DNA from: Narcine bancroftii
Taxonomy: Eukaryota
NCBI RefSeq assembly: GCF_036971445.1
Contig: NC_091471.1
Span: forward strand, 349,618,001 to 349,682,000
DNA length: 64,000 nt
Direction of reading: 5' to 3'
Below the pieces are notes generated by a model that was given only the letters and a program-made list of their open reading frames with translations, ran no database searches and was not told the origin of the DNA. The first letter of the stretch is position 1; every line of letters begins with the position of its first letter. A program made the translations under genes and the position numbers. Below, piece after piece: positions 60,420-64,000 of the stretch.

Positions 60420-60750
60420 TGTAGGCACGCCACACAGTGCACAAACACACACAGGGACATCATACGGCGCACAGCACACTAACGCAGGCACAGCGCAGAA
60501 ACACACGTAGGTGCTCCGCACTCTGGACTAACACATGCAGGCACTCTACACAGTGTTGAAACACACGCAGATGCATCACACAGTGCACTAACAGTAGGCA
60601 CAGCACACAAACACACCCAGCACAGCACATGAACACATGCAGATACAGCGCACTAACATGCATGTGCTCTGCACAGCACTCTAGCGCATGCTGCACTGTG
60701 AGGGGAGCACGAACACTCATGCGTGCGGTGTTCCACACAGCACACAAGCA
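60420..60750 (+). repeat. Degenerate CA/GCA-rich low-complexity repeat
   Basis: Runs of cacacag and gcacag. Confidence 0.75.
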
Positions 60751-61885
60751 GGAAGCAGCGTTTAAGTTTGCAGTTTGAATTCAGCGTAGGCTGCTCCAGA
60801 GCAGTCAGCTGCCAGTTTAGGAGTGCACTGGGTTCCAGTAAACTCCTAGCTTGTGCTATCAGTTGATCTGTGACTGTAGGAATAAGTGGTGTAAACAGAG
60901 GTGAGCTGATTGGCAGATAGTCACTGCAGGCTGCATGCCTTGTCATGAGAACCTGTTGGGACCATTGTGCCAGGCCGGTCACCGCGCTGTTCAGCCATTC
61001 TCTGTCACGCTGCTCTCTCTTCACTGGTAGATACAGGAAATAGGCCCTTCAGCCCCTTTTATCCTTTCCACATTGACATCTCACCTACACACTGGAGTGA
61101 TTATAGCACGGCCATTAACTATCTCCCAACCGAACGTCTGCGATGTGGGACCAAGCCTACATGGTTACAGGTAGAACGTGCAAACTCCACACAGTCAACC
61201 TCCGAGCTCAGGATTGATGTCAGGTCTCTAGACCTGGGCGGAAAGATCAACGTTGACCAATCCCTGTTCTACCGCTAACCTTCCCTTGCAATGGACCTCC
61301 TATAAACCTCCAGCCCTGTCCCAGGCCTTTCAAACTCTCCCCAGCTGCTCAGTCAAGATGCTGCCATGATTCTGGGGGTTGCATCCAGGGTTTATGTGAC
61401 CTCCGCACAGTAACCCTGGCTCCCATCTTGGACCAGTCTCTGCTGGTCCTGGGTTGGTGTGGCTTGGAGGGATTGTCTTGAGACATCTCTTCATCAGCTC
61501 ATTTCTCACCTTTCTATTCTCTCCTGGGAGATGGTTGTCTATGAAACAGGGAGTGAGATTGGAATTTCCTCCCCAGCCCTGCACCCCGAGGCACGGTCTT
61601 GTATCCCTTGAGCTGAGAGTTGCCCATTGCTCGTCCTCCACAGTCACTACCTGCCCCTGCTGATTTCCAGCAATGGATGAGGAGTTGTTTTTGCTTCAGT
61701 GTTTAATCCAGTTCCTTGTGGGCCTTTGGGGAACAGTCGGGCAACAAGGTGGGTTTGGGCTTGGATGATTGGCTGGGGAAGTGGGCGGTTTCCGGCAAGG
61801 GGAGCAGGCGGTTTCCGGCCGGGGGAGCGGGCGGTTTTCGGCTGGGGTAGCGGGTGGTGACTGCTGCCTGTATTTCTCCTGGCAG

Positions 61886-62005
61886 GTTCACCTTCAGACC
61901 CAGCAGGAGGTTAGGATGCGGATGACAGGAATGGCCCTCCACGTGATCCGCAACGATGGTGTCCTGGCTCTCTACAATGGGCTGAGTGCTTCACTGTGCC
62001 GACAG
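61886..62005 (+). CDS. SLC25A10: SLC25A10 exon 2: VHLQTQQEVRMRMTGMALHVIRNDGVLALYNGLSASLCRQ; the gene continues beyond the window
   Basis: Within ORF 61769..62272. ggcag acceptor and gtatca donor; 120 nt. Intron 1 spans 49058-61885 (12.8 kb). Confidence 0.95.
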
Positions 62006-63142
62006 GTATCATCCCCTCCGTGGGCTCACCCGACCTGCACTGGGATGGGGCACTGGGAGACCCACCTCCACACTACCCCACCCCACCCCATGGGGGCATC
62101 TGCACCTGGGCTGGGCATAGACATGAATATCCCATCTCAACCCCTATGGGCACAGGGAGACACCCCCACCCCACCCCATCCGGGGGTCATGGGGACTGAA
62201 TTGGGGATGGCTACACTGGTCTGTGATGGCTCAATCCATGAGGAGGGCATAAGGGGCTCTCAAAGGAGGTGAGGCCACACAAGGGTCAGGAGGGGCTAGT
62301 GGCGCAAAGGGTGTTCGAGGGGTTGGGGAATGTGCAAGAGGTGTGGGTGGGCACGAGGTGGGTGGGGGGTATGCAAGAGGTATTGGAGGAGAGGGAGGGT
62401 GGGTAGGTGCAATGTGGGGCTCTTTGGGTTGTGACCCAAAATGTTGACTGCCTGTGGCTGTATGCTGCCTGATCTGAGTTGCCCCAGTTCCCTAGCAGAT
62501 GCCCTTTCTGTTTACTGTCACAGCTGCAGTCAGTGCAATGTAAGCGATGTTTCTCCAGTGAAGTGCTGATGAGATCCAAGGGGGTGCAGGGTCCTGGAAC
62601 CTGGTGAGTTTCAAGGGGAAAGGGGGAACAGAATAGTAGCCGCAAACAACTATGGTGCTGCCAGCTGATGCCTCACAGCCATCCCCAGTAAGTTATGACA
62701 TAGGCCATTCACCCCATCGAGTCTGCCCTGTCAGTCAATCATGAGCTGATCCATTTTTCTACTCAGCCCTACTGCCCGGACTTTGATGCCCTGGCTAATC
62801 AAGAACCTAACAATCTCTGCCCCCAATGACCCGGCCTCTTCAACTGCGTGTGGCAACAATTCCACAGACTTACCTCACTCTACATCTCTGTTCTAACTGG
62901 ACGGCCTTCAGTCCTGAAGTTGTAGCTTCTTGTACGAGACTCCCACTGTGGGAAACAACCTTTCTACATCTACTCCGTCCATGCCTTTCAACGTTCCAAA
63001 TGTTTCAACGAGATTGCCCTCATTCTCCGAAATTCCGAGTACAGACCAAGAGCCGCCAAACGCTCCTCATAGGATAGCATTCGTCAAAGATGAGCATCCT
63101 TGTGAACCTCATCTGAACCCAATCAGTAGGTCACACCTTAAC

Positions 63143-63415
63143 TGTGCGGCTGATGCCTCACAGCTGGCCCCAACTGGGGGACACCCGAACTGCACCCTAT
63201 GTGTGCGGCTGATGCCTCACAGCTGCCCCCAGGTGGGGGGATACCTGAACTCCACCCTACGTGTGGGACTGATGCTTCACAGCTTCCCCCAGGTGGGGGA
63301 CACCCGAACTGCACCCTATGGGCACAGCTGATGCCTCACAGCTGCCCCCAGGTGGGGGACACTTGAACTGCACCCTTCAGGTGCGGATGATGCCTCATAG
63401 TTGCCCCCCTGTGGA
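63143..63415 (+). repeat. Tandem repeat of about 59-60 bp, about 4.5 copies (GCTGATGCCTCACAGCTGCCCCCAGGTGGGGGACACCCGAACTGCACCCT...)
   Basis: Read directly from the sequence. A related partial unit lies at about 62663-62690. Confidence 0.88.
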
Positions 63416-64000
63416 TGGCAGCTAAACTGCTGGACGTTCCCCGTGAGTGTCCAGATTTCAGTGAAGCTGTGAGCTACAACAGTGGGGTAGGATGAAGCGG
63501 CTGAATAGACCTGCTCAGAACTGGTTTCTCGAGTCAGGTTTATTGTCATCTGACTGCACAAATACAAAATGAAAGTGTTATCTGGTCCTCAGTGCAAAAC
63601 ATGCAGACATGCAACCAGACATAACGCACATTCAGACAGTGATACACATGCAGGAGAAGCATTTCATCAATGCAAATGAGAGGCTCGGACGGTTAGTGTG
63701 AGCAGATCCTTTGGTCGTTTATCGTTCTCACTCTCCATGCGAAGAAGCTGTTCCTCAGCCTGATGATGCTGGCTCTTATTCTCCTGTATCTCTTCCCCGA
63801 TGGGAGCAGCTGAAAGATGCTGTGTTGAAAGGTGATTTTGTGCACCGATGGGGGGAGGAGGGGGAGACTCCAGTGATTCTCTCTGCCACTCTGATCCATT
63901 TCACTGCATGCACCCAATTCCAGTTTTGTCACAAAATGCCTCATGTGGAGATTCTTCTCCTAACAGAATGATAGGTTCTCTCAAACATTCATAGACCTGT

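Noticed and set aside
62006-64000. SLC25A10 exon 3
   Set aside because: No 'TYS.TRF'-type carrier peptide is visible. The region holds repeats and LINE fragments, so exon 3 probably lies beyond the window.

Overview
This is eukaryotic, repeat-rich vertebrate genomic DNA, most likely from a cartilaginous fish (ray or shark). That assignment is inferred from the CR1/HER1-like LINEs, V-SINEs, Penelope-derived repeats and protein divergence. Three intron-containing genes lie on the + strand in the same order as at human 17q25.3. HGS/Hrs contributes its last 13 coding exons (2616-25023; UIM, PSAP, GAT/coiled coil, clathrin box LISFD). MRPL12 is complete (5 coding exons, 33013-38743, 189 aa). SLC25A10 contributes its first two coding exons (48968-49057, 61886-62005). 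Most other sequence is transposon-derived. The clearest mobile-element features are: a 6.0-kb full-length L1-clade LINE with intact ORF1 and ORF2, a poly(A) tail and a perfect 16-bp TSD, antisense in SLC25A10 intron 1; an adjacent inverted L1 ORF2 fragment that has a TSD but no tail; a triple nest (Rex1/Babar > hAT > RTE); Penelope-like remnants with many decayed hammerhead-ribozyme-like motifs; and pogo/Tigger MITEs that carry a SINE head. There are also several C-rich or GC-rich minisatellites. HGS has a GC-AG intron and a CAGCAGCAG tandem acceptor. There is no prokaryotic system or CRISPR array. I see no clearly new gene family; the novelty here is in mobile-element biology and splicing. 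All coordinates were counted by hand.
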